The position numbers were made by a program, and so were the translations under genes. A stretch of DNA of 35,221 nucleotides from Candidatus Eiseniibacteriota bacterium (lineage in GTDB: Bacteria > Eisenbacteria > RBG-16-71-46): NCBI GenBank assembly GCA_031370785.1, contig JANMQY010000069.1, forward strand, positions 1 through 35,221. Direction: 5' to 3'. Shown here piece after piece: positions 1 through 8,227 of the stretch (within the stretch, counting starts at the first letter, position 1; each line of letters opens with the position of its first letter). The notes under the pieces are model-generated. The model did not search any database. It was not told where the DNA came from and saw only the letters and a program-made list of their open reading frames with translations.

Positions 1-1
1 C

Positions 2-151
2 GCCGGCATCCGCGACTGGGATCACGCGCTGGAGACGCTGGACCGCTCGATCGAAGCGACGCGCGCCATTGGTTGGACGTACGACCTGCCGCGCCTCGCG
101 GAGAAGCGCGCGGAGTATGTGCGCGAGGCTGGAGCGGCAAAAGCGCGGTGA
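2..151 (+). CDS. 3' end of a hypothetical, possibly TPR-like helical protein (truncated by window start)
   Basis: Open frame from position 2 to TGA at 149-151 (AGIRDWDHALETLDRSIEATRAIGWTYDLPRLAEKRAEYVREAGAAKAR*), mostly G/C third positions. Confidence 0.6.
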   Translation, partial: AGIRDWDHALETLDRSIEATRAIGWTYDLPRLAEKRAEYVREAGAAKAR

Positions 152-207
152 ACGATGGAGACGGCGCCTGTCGCGCGGGAGCGAGGCGCAGGGGTGTGAT
201 AGACGTC

Positions 208-290
208 GCCGGGATGGCGGAATGGCAGACGCAACGGACTTAAAATCCGTTGGGCGAAAGCCCGTGCAGGTTCGAGTCCTGCTCCCGGCA
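208..290 (+). tRNA. tRNA-Leu, anticodon TAA (reads UUA); CCA not encoded
   Basis: Acceptor GCCGGGA/TCCCGGC+A; D arm GGCGGAATGGCAGACGC; anticodon stem ACGGA/TCCGT with loop CT-TAA-AA (TAA at 241-243); long variable arm GGGCGAAAGCCC; T arm GCAGG-TTCGAGT-CCTGC. Confidence 0.97.
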
Positions 291-334
291 TGTTGTCTGG
301 CGAAGACTCCTGATTGTCGGCGGCGCCCTGCGCC

Positions 335-2161
335 TCACTCGATGCCAGAGTCCCGGCAGGCGCTCGCAAATTCGGCCAGCAGCCGATTTCGATCCGCCCG
401 CCCGGCGCTCCCCAGGATCGCCTGAGCGACTGCCTCGGCTCTCGCCGCAGTCGCGGCTTGACCTTCGCGACGCAATGCTTCGGCAGCGCCGGCGTAGGCG
501 CGCCCGAAGCGCCGCGAGTAGAAGCGCGTGAACGCGTGACCGCGCGATGGCAGGTCCGGAAGCCGCTCCGCGAGCGGCACCAGGCGCAGCGCCGCCGCAA
601 CCGACTCGCGCGTCAGGTCCGTGGTCGCGCCGGGTCGCGCGAGAAAGATCAGGCCGCGCAACTCGGGCACCGCCAGCGGGGTCGCGATCAACGCATCGCT
701 CGAGCTGGCCGCCGGCCTGCCCCGGGCGAGGCACGAGCGCATCATGTCACCCCATCCACCGCGCGACCCTCCCCCCGCCAGCATGGGGTCGAGACGGGGG
801 ATCACCTCACGCCGGTACCACTCGAGCGGGAATGCCGCCGCGGAGATCGGGTAGCGCGTGCCCTCCGGGCCATGGGCGCCGAGGAATACCTCGATGTCGC
901 TCATGGTCACGAAGGCTGCATCGCGCGGAAGCTCTAGCGCGATCCCACGCGCATAGAGGTCGAGCGTGCGATCGTGCGATGCATCGGCCTCGGCCCAGCC
1001 GGCGAGCAGCCATGCGGCCGCGGCCAACACCACCAGCGCATCGAGGGCGCGGCGCGCGCGCGGGCCGCGAAGCTGGTCGCACAGTGACTCGCACCCGATT
1101 CCCAGCAGCACGGCGGCCGCAAACGTCGCCGGTCCCTGCAGGTGCTCGAGCACTTCGCGGCTGTACGACTGCTCCGGGAGCCGGCCGGCGACGAGGATGG
1201 CGGCACCCGCAGCGAGCGTTCCCAGAACCGGGAAGAGCGCAGGACGCAGTTCACGACGGCGCATCAGTGTGAACGCGCCGAGCGCCACGAGCAGTAGTCC
1301 CACATTCCAGACCCGAGCCAGGTCTCCAAGCCAGATCGGCAACGCCCAGCTTGCCGCCGCGCCGGTCTCGGCCGAGAGCGCGTAGGTCCCGTAGTCCGCA
1401 CGCAACGCGTGGTGCACGACATCACCTGCGCTGCGCAGCGCACCCCAGTCGGGCCACGGTGAGCCGCTGCGCAGCGCGGGCAGACTGAGGTACAACGCCA
1501 CGCCCGGAAGCACGAGCGATGTGGCCAGCAGCGCGGCGCGCACGAATCGGCTGGCCGGAGACCGAAGGCATGTCCACGCGCCCGCGGCGATCGCGGGCAG
1601 CGCGGCGAGGAACACCGGGTGCTGCGCGAGGCCGAGCGATCCGATCAGGCCGAGTCCGGCGGTGGCGCGCGCGGACGGGCGCTGCACCGCGCCGAGCCGC
1701 ACCGCCGCAAGCAGCGCCGCGGCGACCAGCAGGTGCGCCAGGGCGAACACCTCGGGCTGGACGGCCAGCGCCCACAACGGTGGGAAGCAGGCGTATGCGA
1801 AGGAGGCCAGCACGCGCCCGGCCGCGCGCACGCCCAGGCGCCGCAACGTCTCCGCCAGGAGTGCCGCGGTGACAGCGTGCGCGAGCAGTCCCAGCGCAGC
1901 GATCGCGAGGGCGGGCTCGAGTCCGGGCAGGTGCGCCAGCACGCGGTCCAGCCAGGCCTGCAGCGGGAAGCCCGGTGGGTGGGGCACGCCTCCGCGAAGC
2001 GCGATCGCCACCAGCTCGGCGCCGTCACCGGACTGGGGCGAGCGCGCGAGCGTGGGGAGGAGCAGCGCGAAGACCGCGGCGCCGATGCCCCAGGAGACCA
2101 TCGGGCTCCCCGCGGATGCGAAGGCCGCGCCACGAGCTGGTGCGGTAGCGCGCGGTGTCAC
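335..2161 (-). CDS. DUF2723 / TMEM260-like multi-pass membrane glycosyltransferase (GT-C type)
   Basis: N-terminal motif GDGAELVAIALRGGVPHPPGFP resembles the DUF2723 signature; AVQPEVFAL motif; many TM helices. Start is GTG 2161 or ATG 2101. Confidence 0.8.
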   Translation of the reverse strand: MTPRATAPARGAAFASAGSPMVSWGIGAAVFALLLPTLARSPQSGDGAELVAIALRGGVPHPPGFPLQAWLDRVLAHLPGLEPALAIAALGLLAHAVTAALLAETLRRLGVRAAGRVLASFAYACFPPLWALAVQPEVFALAHLLVAAALLAAVRLGAVQRPSARATAGLGLIGSLGLAQHPVFLAALPAIAAGAWTCLRSPASRFVRAALLATSLVLPGVALYLSLPALRSGSPWPDWGALRSAGDVVHHALRADYGTYALSAETGAAASWALPIWLGDLARVWNVGLLLVALGAFTLMRRRELRPALFPVLGTLAAGAAILVAGRLPEQSYSREVLEHLQGPATFAAAVLLGIGCESLCDQLRGPRARRALDALVVLAAAAWLLAGWAEADASHDRTLDLYARGIALELPRDAAFVTMSDIEVFLGAHGPEGTRYPISAAAFPLEWYRREVIPRLDPMLAGGGSRGGWGDMMRSCLARGRPAASSSDALIATPLAVPELRGLIFLARPGATTDLTRESVAAALRLVPLAERLPDLPSRGHAFTRFYSRRFGRAYAGAAEALRREGQAATAARAEAVAQAILGSAGRADRNRLLAEFASACRDSGIE

Positions 2162-2631
2162 AGACTCAGCAACCTCGAGGCTTCGCCTGCTTCATGCTGG
2201 TGCACAGTATCCCCCGACTTTGTATGGCAGCGTCACCCGACACGCCGCTCGCCGATCTTAGCGGTCCGGAAGCCGGGATGCCGCCCGTGCAGATCGACAG
2301 GCTCCGCGTACGCCTTCGCCGTGTCACACGCGTCCGCATTCTCACGCGAGGAGCCTCGCTTCTCGCCTGGGCTGGCCGGCACTATCCGTGAGCGTTCCGC
2401 GCGCGACCCTCACGCATCGATGTGCTGAGCCGTCGAACGCCGCGTCCGCGAACACAAACGCAGCATGTTTGGTCCTCTCAAAGTTTCAGCGTTGCTAAAC
2501 CGCGCGTCGGCTGCATAAAGTTCTCCGCTTCATCGCGCGATTTCATTCGCTCTGCCCGCGCGCGCGTGCGAAGCTTCGTTCGCATTTCCCCCTGCCGTGG
2601 TATTCCGGTGCTTTCGAACAGGAGAACGATC

Positions 2632-3498
2632 ATGACTTCGCGCCCTGACCTCCCGCGGTCGACCCGAATTCGCAACGGCTCACGTCCGCTCGCACTGGTC
2701 CTGCTCGGTGTAGTCGTGTGCGCCGTGCTCGCGCTTTCTGCGGAGCGTGCACCTTCAGATCCGCACTCGATGCACATGATGAAAGGGTCCGCGAGCGGTC
2801 CGATGACGGACGAATCGATGGCGCGCTGGGTTCGCGAGTGGTACGCGGCGCATCCCGCGAAGGGTCAGAGCGCGAATGCGACTGCGGCCGACACTTTCAC
2901 GGTGGGCAACTTCCAGTTCGACACCGATGGAAACCTGGCGACTCAGGTGGACACCGCGAAGATTCAGACCGGCCAGACCATCCTGTGGGTTCTGACGGCG
3001 GGTGTGCACACGACGACCAATGGGGATGGAGCGGCGGATCCGGCTGTCGGCACGCTGTGGGACCAGCCCATGACCACTGCGGGCGCGCAGTTCTCCTTCA
3101 CGTTCGCGGATGCGGGGACCTACCCGTTCTTCTGTCGGCCGCACGAAGGATTCGTTATGAAAGGCGTGGTCGTAGTGTCCGCTCCTTTGTCGGTGCCGGC
3201 TCCGACGCACGGCGGCGCACGGCTCGCGTTCGTCGCAGATCCCGCGCCCAATCCGACTGGAGCGGGAGTGCGTTTCCAGTTCTCACTCGCGCGTGGGGGT
3301 CGCGTTCGCGCGCAGCTGTTCGATCTCTCGGGTCAGTTGATCGCGAGGATTCTGGACCGTGATCTCGAGCCGGGCGTTCATGGCGCGGGATGGGATGGTC
3401 GGACGGTCTCGGGCTCCTCCGCTGCGCCGGGCATGTACTACCTGAGCCTCAGCGCCGACGGCACGCGGCTGACCCGCCAGGTGACGGTCGTCAGGTAG
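2632..3498 (+). CDS. Secreted plastocyanin/azurin-family cupredoxin with C-terminal FlgD-Ig/T9SS-type sorting domain
   Basis: SD AGGAG 2620-2624 before ATG 2632; hydrophobic leader; type-1 Cu ligands H(TTT)...YPFFCRPHEGFVM; tail PAPNP...LFDLSG...WDG...PGMYYL...VTVVR. Confidence 0.88.
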   Translation: MTSRPDLPRSTRIRNGSRPLALVLLGVVVCAVLALSAERAPSDPHSMHMMKGSASGPMTDESMARWVREWYAAHPAKGQSANATAADTFTVGNFQFDTDGNLATQVDTAKIQTGQTILWVLTAGVHTTTNGDGAADPAVGTLWDQPMTTAGAQFSFTFADAGTYPFFCRPHEGFVMKGVVVVSAPLSVPAPTHGGARLAFVADPAPNPTGAGVRFQFSLARGGRVRAQLFDLSGQLIARILDRDLEPGVHGAGWDGRTVSGSSAAPGMYYLSLSADGTRLTRQVTVVR

Positions 3499-3553
3499 GG
3501 CGCGGGACCGAGCATCGCAGGTCGCCGCTGGCGACCCGACATCGCTGAAATGC

Positions 3554-3588
3554 CGACGCGCGCAGTGCAGCGAGCACTGCGCGCGTCG
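3554..3588. terminator. Perfect 15-bp inverted repeat between convergent genes; probable bidirectional terminator
   Basis: CGACGCGCGCAGTGC-agcga-GCACTGCGCGCGTCG; a second 7-bp hairpin GGTCGCC-gct-GGCGACC lies at 3520-3536. U-tracts are weak. Confidence 0.65.
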
Positions 3589-3592
3589 CGCT

Positions 3593-3754
3593 TTAGTGGC
3601 TGATCTTGTACGCCGCCCAGATGCCGGCGACGCCGCCGATCGTGCTCAACAGGATCGACCACATCGAGAACATGCCGGCGTGCCACAGCATCGGCACGAG
3701 GCCGCCGAGCGTGGAACCGACCACCATTCCGAACCAGATCATTTTCTTGCTCAT
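3593..3754 (-). CDS. Small 53-aa two-TM glycine-rich membrane protein
   Basis: SD GGGGAGG before ATG 3754; MSKKMIWFGMVVGSTLGGLVPMLWHAGMFSMWSILLSTIGGVAGIWAAYKISH; good codon bias. Confidence 0.8.
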   Translation of the reverse strand: MSKKMIWFGMVVGSTLGGLVPMLWHAGMFSMWSILLSTIGGVAGIWAAYKISH

Positions 3755-4076
3755 GTTCGCCTCCCCGGCTTGGGGCCCGGCCCACGTGGGTGTGGGTCGA
3801 AAACAGGGCGAACAGGTTATCGGCCCGCTCGGTCTCGAAGTTGAGCGCGGCCCAGATCCCGGCAGACTGCCGCGCCTCGGGCTTCCTGTCAGAGCGATGC
3901 CAAGATCCCGCCCCGCAAACCACAAATCACCTCCTTCTCGCATCGGAACGTGGCGCTCGCGGTGTATCAGCGCTCGCGAGCCATTGGCGCCGATCGCAAG
4001 GCGCCGATTCATCCAGCAGCCGGCGTGAGCTTTTTGAATTCCGGACCGTCGCCGGCAACATCCCACGGGAGGAACC

Positions 4077-4958
4077 ATGCGAAGACCCGTTCAAGTCGGC
4101 CTGGTTGCGGCAATCGTTCTTCTGCTCGGTGCCACCGGCGTGCTTTTCGTGAAGTACCGCAATACTTCCGCCAGTTACGCGGAGACCAAAGCCGCGGAAA
4201 AGACCGCGCGCTCGCACTACGCGGAGGCCTTCAACGCCATCGCTGAGATTCAGGACAGTCTCAGTGCGATCAGCGTGGGAGAAGAGGCGGTGCGGCTGCG
4301 CTCGCAGAACGATCGTGCCGAGCAACGGCTGACGGAGCCAAACCGGCGCGAAGCACTCGAGCGCATTGCCCTCGTGAACGCGAGCATTCAGCGCACACGA
4401 GAGAAGATCAACCGCCTCGAAAGCGACCTGAGAAGGAGTGGCACCAGGGTCGCGGGCCTCAATCGGATGATCACGAATCTCAAGCAGACGGTGTCCGAGA
4501 AGGAGGGCCAGGTCGCCCAGCTGACGAGCGAGGTCGACGTCCTGCAGACGAGGGTCGCAGGTCTGGAGATCACCGTGCAGCAGGATCAGGACTCGCTGAT
4601 CGCCAAGAACCAGAACATCGAAGAGAAGCGGCGCGAGCTGGGGACGATCTACTACATCGTGGGCAGCAAGAAGGATCTCGCCAATTCAGGGGTGATCGTG
4701 ACCAAGGGCGGCGTGCTCGGCCTTGGCAAGACCGTGCAGCTCTCGGGTCGCTTCGACGAGAGCAAGTTCACTTCGATCGATACCGACGAGCAGACGGTCG
4801 TGCTGGCTCCGGCAAGCAAGCTGGACAAGGTCAAGATCCTGAGCCCGCAGCCGACCTCGAGCTATCGGTTGGTAATGGCGGGCAACCAGGTGGAGATCCA
4901 TATCCTCGATCCGAGGGAGTTCCGCAAGGTCAAGCACCTGGTCATCATGACGGCATAG
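4077..4958 (+). CDS. Membrane-anchored coiled-coil protein resembling the Bacteroidota Cbp1 family
   Basis: SD GGGAGG; N-terminal TM helix; long heptad region; C-terminal domain YYIVGSKKDL..GVIVTKGGVLGLG...KILSPQPTSSY...DPREF..KHLVI. Confidence 0.72.
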   Translation: MRRPVQVGLVAAIVLLLGATGVLFVKYRNTSASYAETKAAEKTARSHYAEAFNAIAEIQDSLSAISVGEEAVRLRSQNDRAEQRLTEPNRREALERIALVNASIQRTREKINRLESDLRRSGTRVAGLNRMITNLKQTVSEKEGQVAQLTSEVDVLQTRVAGLEITVQQDQDSLIAKNQNIEEKRRELGTIYYIVGSKKDLANSGVIVTKGGVLGLGKTVQLSGRFDESKFTSIDTDEQTVVLAPASKLDKVKILSPQPTSSYRLVMAGNQVEIHILDPREFRKVKHLVIMTA

Positions 4959-5952
4959 TCAGCGTTGCGCCGCTGCGCCACACCTCGGCGCAGCGGCGCA
5001 CGATTTCGCCGGCGTCTTCGATCGCATCGATGCCGGCCACGCTCTTTCCCGCCTGCCAGTACTCCTCGGCGCCTGTGGGGTCGAGCGCCGCGCGCTTGAG
5101 CTGCCACAGTGCGCGCATGGTGTAGAGCCCGCGCATCAAGTGCTTGGTGCGTCGATTGCGCAGCAGCAGCCGCGCGATCGGACCGGCGGTGAGGCCCATG
5201 CGCTCGATGTATGGGGTGCGGATCAGCGAGACCGGGACGCCCGTCAGCCGCTCGCTCAGCACGATGTCGTCCTCGCCGGCACGCACGATCGCGGCCTTGT
5301 AGGCGTCGCTCGCCCGGCACTGAGGGGTGGCGATGAAGCGCGTGCCCATCTGAACGCCGGCGTAGCCCATGCTCAGCCCACGCGCGAAGTCGCCCGCGGT
5401 GCTGATGCCGCCCGCGCACACCGCGGGCAGCCCGAACGGGGCCAGCTCCTCGAGCAGCGCGGCGGCGCCGCGCGTCCCGGCATGTCCGCCGGCGCGATTG
5501 TTCACCGCGATCAATCCGTCCACGCCGCCATCGCGGCCCTTCGCGGCCCACTTCGCCTCGGTGACGTCGTGATATACGACCGCGCTGTACGGTTTCACGC
5601 GCTCGACCACCCAGCGCGGATCGCCGAGCGAGGTCACGAAGAAGCGCACGCCTTCTTCGAGCGAGATGTCGATCCAGCGTCGCATCCGATCGAGGTAGTG
5701 GCTCGAGGAGCGCTCGATCAGCGCGTTCATCCCGATCGGCCGATCGGTGAGGCGTCGGATCAGGCGCAGTCCTTCGCGAAAGTCGTGACCGTGGACGAAG
5801 GTCATCGAGACCGGCTGGACGACGCCGATGCCGCCGGCCGCGCTCGCGGCTGCGACCAGCTCGGGGTTGCTGCAGGGATACATCGCGCCGCAGATCAATG
5901 GCACCTCGATGCCGAGCTGCCGGGTCAGTGGCGTCTCGGGAGTCGCGATCAT
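4945..5952 (-). CDS. Nitronate monooxygenase / FabK-like FMN-dependent oxidoreductase
   Basis: PLICGAM, LVAAASAAGGIG, AGGHAG, AGGI, GVQMGTRFIAT, WQAGKSV motifs; ATG 5952 overlaps upstream stop (ATGA). Confidence 0.9.
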   Translation of the reverse strand: MIATPETPLTRQLGIEVPLICGAMYPCSNPELVAAASAAGGIGVVQPVSMTFVHGHDFREGLRLIRRLTDRPIGMNALIERSSSHYLDRMRRWIDISLEEGVRFFVTSLGDPRWVVERVKPYSAVVYHDVTEAKWAAKGRDGGVDGLIAVNNRAGGHAGTRGAAALLEELAPFGLPAVCAGGISTAGDFARGLSMGYAGVQMGTRFIATPQCRASDAYKAAIVRAGEDDIVLSERLTGVPVSLIRTPYIERMGLTAGPIARLLLRNRRTKHLMRGLYTMRALWQLKRAALDPTGAEEYWQAGKSVAGIDAIEDAGEIVRRCAEVWRSGATLTMPS

Positions 5953-6428
5953 CCGCGCTCCGGCGCGAGGCGCCAACGCACCGTGATCCGTGCGACCGTG
6001 TCGCCGGCCCGATCGGTGAGCAGGGTGTGCACTTCAAAATCGGTCGCGGCGATCACCTCGGGCGGCGCGCAGGTGCATTCGGCGCGGATCACACCACGCG
6101 CCTTCTTCAGATAATCGACGGTGAGCGCGGTCACGATCCCGCGCACGCCGGCCGGGAGCGCCACGGTGGTCGCGAGCCCGCTGGTCAGCTCGCCGAGGTT
6201 GGCGAGCGCGAGCGCGTGGATCGAGTGCAGGTGATTGCGCAGGCCGCGGCGCTCGCGCATCAAGAGCCGGGCGTGCCCGGGCTCGAGGGACACCACCCGC
6301 GCGCCGAGCGTTTCCGAGTAGGGCACGGTCCAGCCCAGCATCCGGCTGAACAGCCACGCACCGCCGGGAAGCGGGGCGAGCCGCCGCCACAGGCGAAGCA
6401 GGCGAGTGCCCGATGCCGCCGCGCTCAC
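5949..6428 (-). CDS. PaaI-like hotdog-fold thioesterase (DUF4442-like)
   Basis: SD GGAGGGGG before GTG 6428; NHLHSIHALALANLGE and VDYLKKARG motifs. Confidence 0.85.
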   Translation of the reverse strand: MSAAASGTRLLRLWRRLAPLPGGAWLFSRMLGWTVPYSETLGARVVSLEPGHARLLMRERRGLRNHLHSIHALALANLGELTSGLATTVALPAGVRGIVTALTVDYLKKARGVIRAECTCAPPEVIAATDFEVHTLLTDRAGDTVARITVRWRLAPERG

Positions 6429-6486
6429 GCCCCCTCCACGGAACCTGCGTGAGCGGCCGGCGCGGCGTCCGTCATCGGGTTCCGGC

Positions 6487-8172
6487 TCAGCGTGCCGCCG
6501 GGCTGCCCATGGCCAGAGAAACGTCGGCGCCTTTCCAGGCATCACTGAAGCGACGCGACATGGTCGACGCCTCGGCGCTCTTCTGCTGCGCGCGCAGGCT
6601 CTCGGCCAGCCCATGCAGCGACCATCCACTGTCCGGATGGCGCACCAGATCGGCGCGGTACACGGCCTCGGCCTCGGCCGGCCGTTTCGCGCGCAGCAGC
6701 AGCGCGCCGAGCATCGGGCGCACCGGGCAGAACCAGTCGGGCGGCTCTGCGTAGCGCGTCGAATCATCCCCCGCGACCGCACGGGTCAGCGAGGTCACCG
6801 CGCCCTCGACGTCGCCGCGCTTCTCGGCGATGTGTCCATCGAGCACAGAGAGCGCGATCCCGAGCAGGAGCCTGCTGGAGTTCAAGTCCTCGAACGCTTC
6901 GGGCGGCACCGAGGCGGTGATGGCCGCCACGCTGTCGCGCTCGGCCGCGGCGTGCGCGCGGTCGCCCCTGGCTGTGAATGCGAGCCCACGCGCGTAGTGC
7001 CAGATCGCGTTCAGATAGGCGAGGTCGGCGGGCGGGGCAGGTTCCTTCAGCATCTCGTCCCAGCGCTCGAACTGCGTGAGCACAAGGTAGGGCGTGGTGA
7101 AGAAGAAGTCGCTGCCGGGCATCTGGCGTGACATCTCGACCGGGATCTGCTCGGTGCTGGTGCGGGCCGCGGCAATCGCCTCGGCACTCCGCCCGAGCAT
7201 CATCGCCGAGTTCGCGAGGAACTGCCGGTTGTGCGCCGCATACATGGAGAAGAAACCCTGCGGGTTCGCGACGCTCCTGAACCAGTCGTCACTTTTGATC
7301 GCGTCCCGGTTCGACTGCGCGGCTGCCTCGTAGCGCCCGAGCCGCTGATAGGTGTGCGACGGCATGTGCACCATGTGGCCCACGCCCGGGACCAGCGTCT
7401 GGAGACGTTTGGCCGAGGCCAGCGCGCGCTCGGGATGCGGCGAGGCTTCGATCGCGTGGATGTAGTAGTGGTTCGCCCCCGGGTGTTCGGGATGCTTCGC
7501 GATCACGCCCTCGAGCAGCCAGACGATCTCATCGGTGCCGGGCTGCGGCTTGCCGTCGGGGGTCCAGTAATCCCATGGTCTCAGGTCGAGCAGAGCCTCG
7601 GCGTACAGGGTCGCGATGTCGGGATCGTCCGGATGCTGCCGATGGAGGTCGCGCATCGCCTCGGCATACGCGGTCTCGGCGGCCAGCTCGTCTTTGGGGT
7701 CGGCGGGCTGGGGATCGACGTAACGCCTGCTCAGCGCGTCGATCAGCGCGCGCTCGACCGGGGTCGCGCCCGCGGCCAGCACCTTGGCCTTCTGAATCGC
7801 TTCGTACGCCGCGTGCGTGCGTGGCGCCAGGGCTGGCACGTTGATGTGCGGCCCCAGGCTCAGTGCCACGCCCCACCAACATGCGGCGCTCGCCGGATCG
7901 AGCCGGGCGCCTTCGCGAAAGGCACGCTCGGCCTCTTCGTGATTGAAGGAGTAGATGAGGGTCAGGCCCTGATCGAAGTAGCGCTGGGCCCGCGCGGACC
8001 TGGTGTGGATCGCGCGGTGCCAGCGACCCATGTTGGTGTAGAGCGGGACCTGGGATGAGTCGGCGGCCGTCATGTGATGGCCCGCATGCGGATCGTCTGC
8101 CGCGTGCGAGAGACTGCACCAGGCGGCCGGCAGGAGCACGATCGCCAGGGAAACTCCGAGCGCTCTTCTCAT
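6487..8172 (-). CDS. Secreted TPR-repeat protein of unknown function
   Basis: Signal peptide; TPR-like helices; His-rich motifs HPGANHYYIHAIE and GHMVHMPSHTY. Confidence 0.85.
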   Translation of the reverse strand: MRRALGVSLAIVLLPAAWCSLSHAADDPHAGHHMTAADSSQVPLYTNMGRWHRAIHTRSARAQRYFDQGLTLIYSFNHEEAERAFREGARLDPASAACWWGVALSLGPHINVPALAPRTHAAYEAIQKAKVLAAGATPVERALIDALSRRYVDPQPADPKDELAAETAYAEAMRDLHRQHPDDPDIATLYAEALLDLRPWDYWTPDGKPQPGTDEIVWLLEGVIAKHPEHPGANHYYIHAIEASPHPERALASAKRLQTLVPGVGHMVHMPSHTYQRLGRYEAAAQSNRDAIKSDDWFRSVANPQGFFSMYAAHNRQFLANSAMMLGRSAEAIAAARTSTEQIPVEMSRQMPGSDFFFTTPYLVLTQFERWDEMLKEPAPPADLAYLNAIWHYARGLAFTARGDRAHAAAERDSVAAITASVPPEAFEDLNSSRLLLGIALSVLDGHIAEKRGDVEGAVTSLTRAVAGDDSTRYAEPPDWFCPVRPMLGALLLRAKRPAEAEAVYRADLVRHPDSGWSLHGLAESLRAQQKSAEASTMSRRFSDAWKGADVSLAMGSPAAR

Positions 8173-8178
8173 GCCGGC

Positions 8179-8207
8179 ATGCTAGAGACCGCAAGCGGAG
8201 CGGTCAA
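8179..8207 (-). promoter_or_regulatory. Sigma70-type promoter positioned for a leaderless transcript of the TPR gene
   Basis: Minus strand: TTGACC (8207-8202), 17 nt, TAGCAT (8184-8179), 6 nt, ATG (8172); no SD. Confidence 0.7.
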
Positions 8208-8227
8208 CGCCATGCGATCGGGGCGGA

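Noticed and set aside
208..334. tRNA as integration site of a genomic island
   Set aside because: No integrase and no duplicated tRNA 3' end seen in the window; neighbouring genes look native in composition.
2162..2631. 470-bp divergent intergenic region as riboswitch, ncRNA or small ORF (2155-2391)
   Set aside because: No recognisable riboswitch motif; only a short hairpin near 2567-2584; the ORF has no SD or protein-like character. An Rfam scan would settle it.
3926..3938. 16S rRNA fragment
   Set aside because: The match covers only the anti-SD tail; flanks do not resemble rRNA. Kept as an SD observation instead.
4945..4958. 14-nt convergent overlap of the Cbp1-like and NMO genes
   Set aside because: Short tail-to-tail overlaps are common; no evidence of function.
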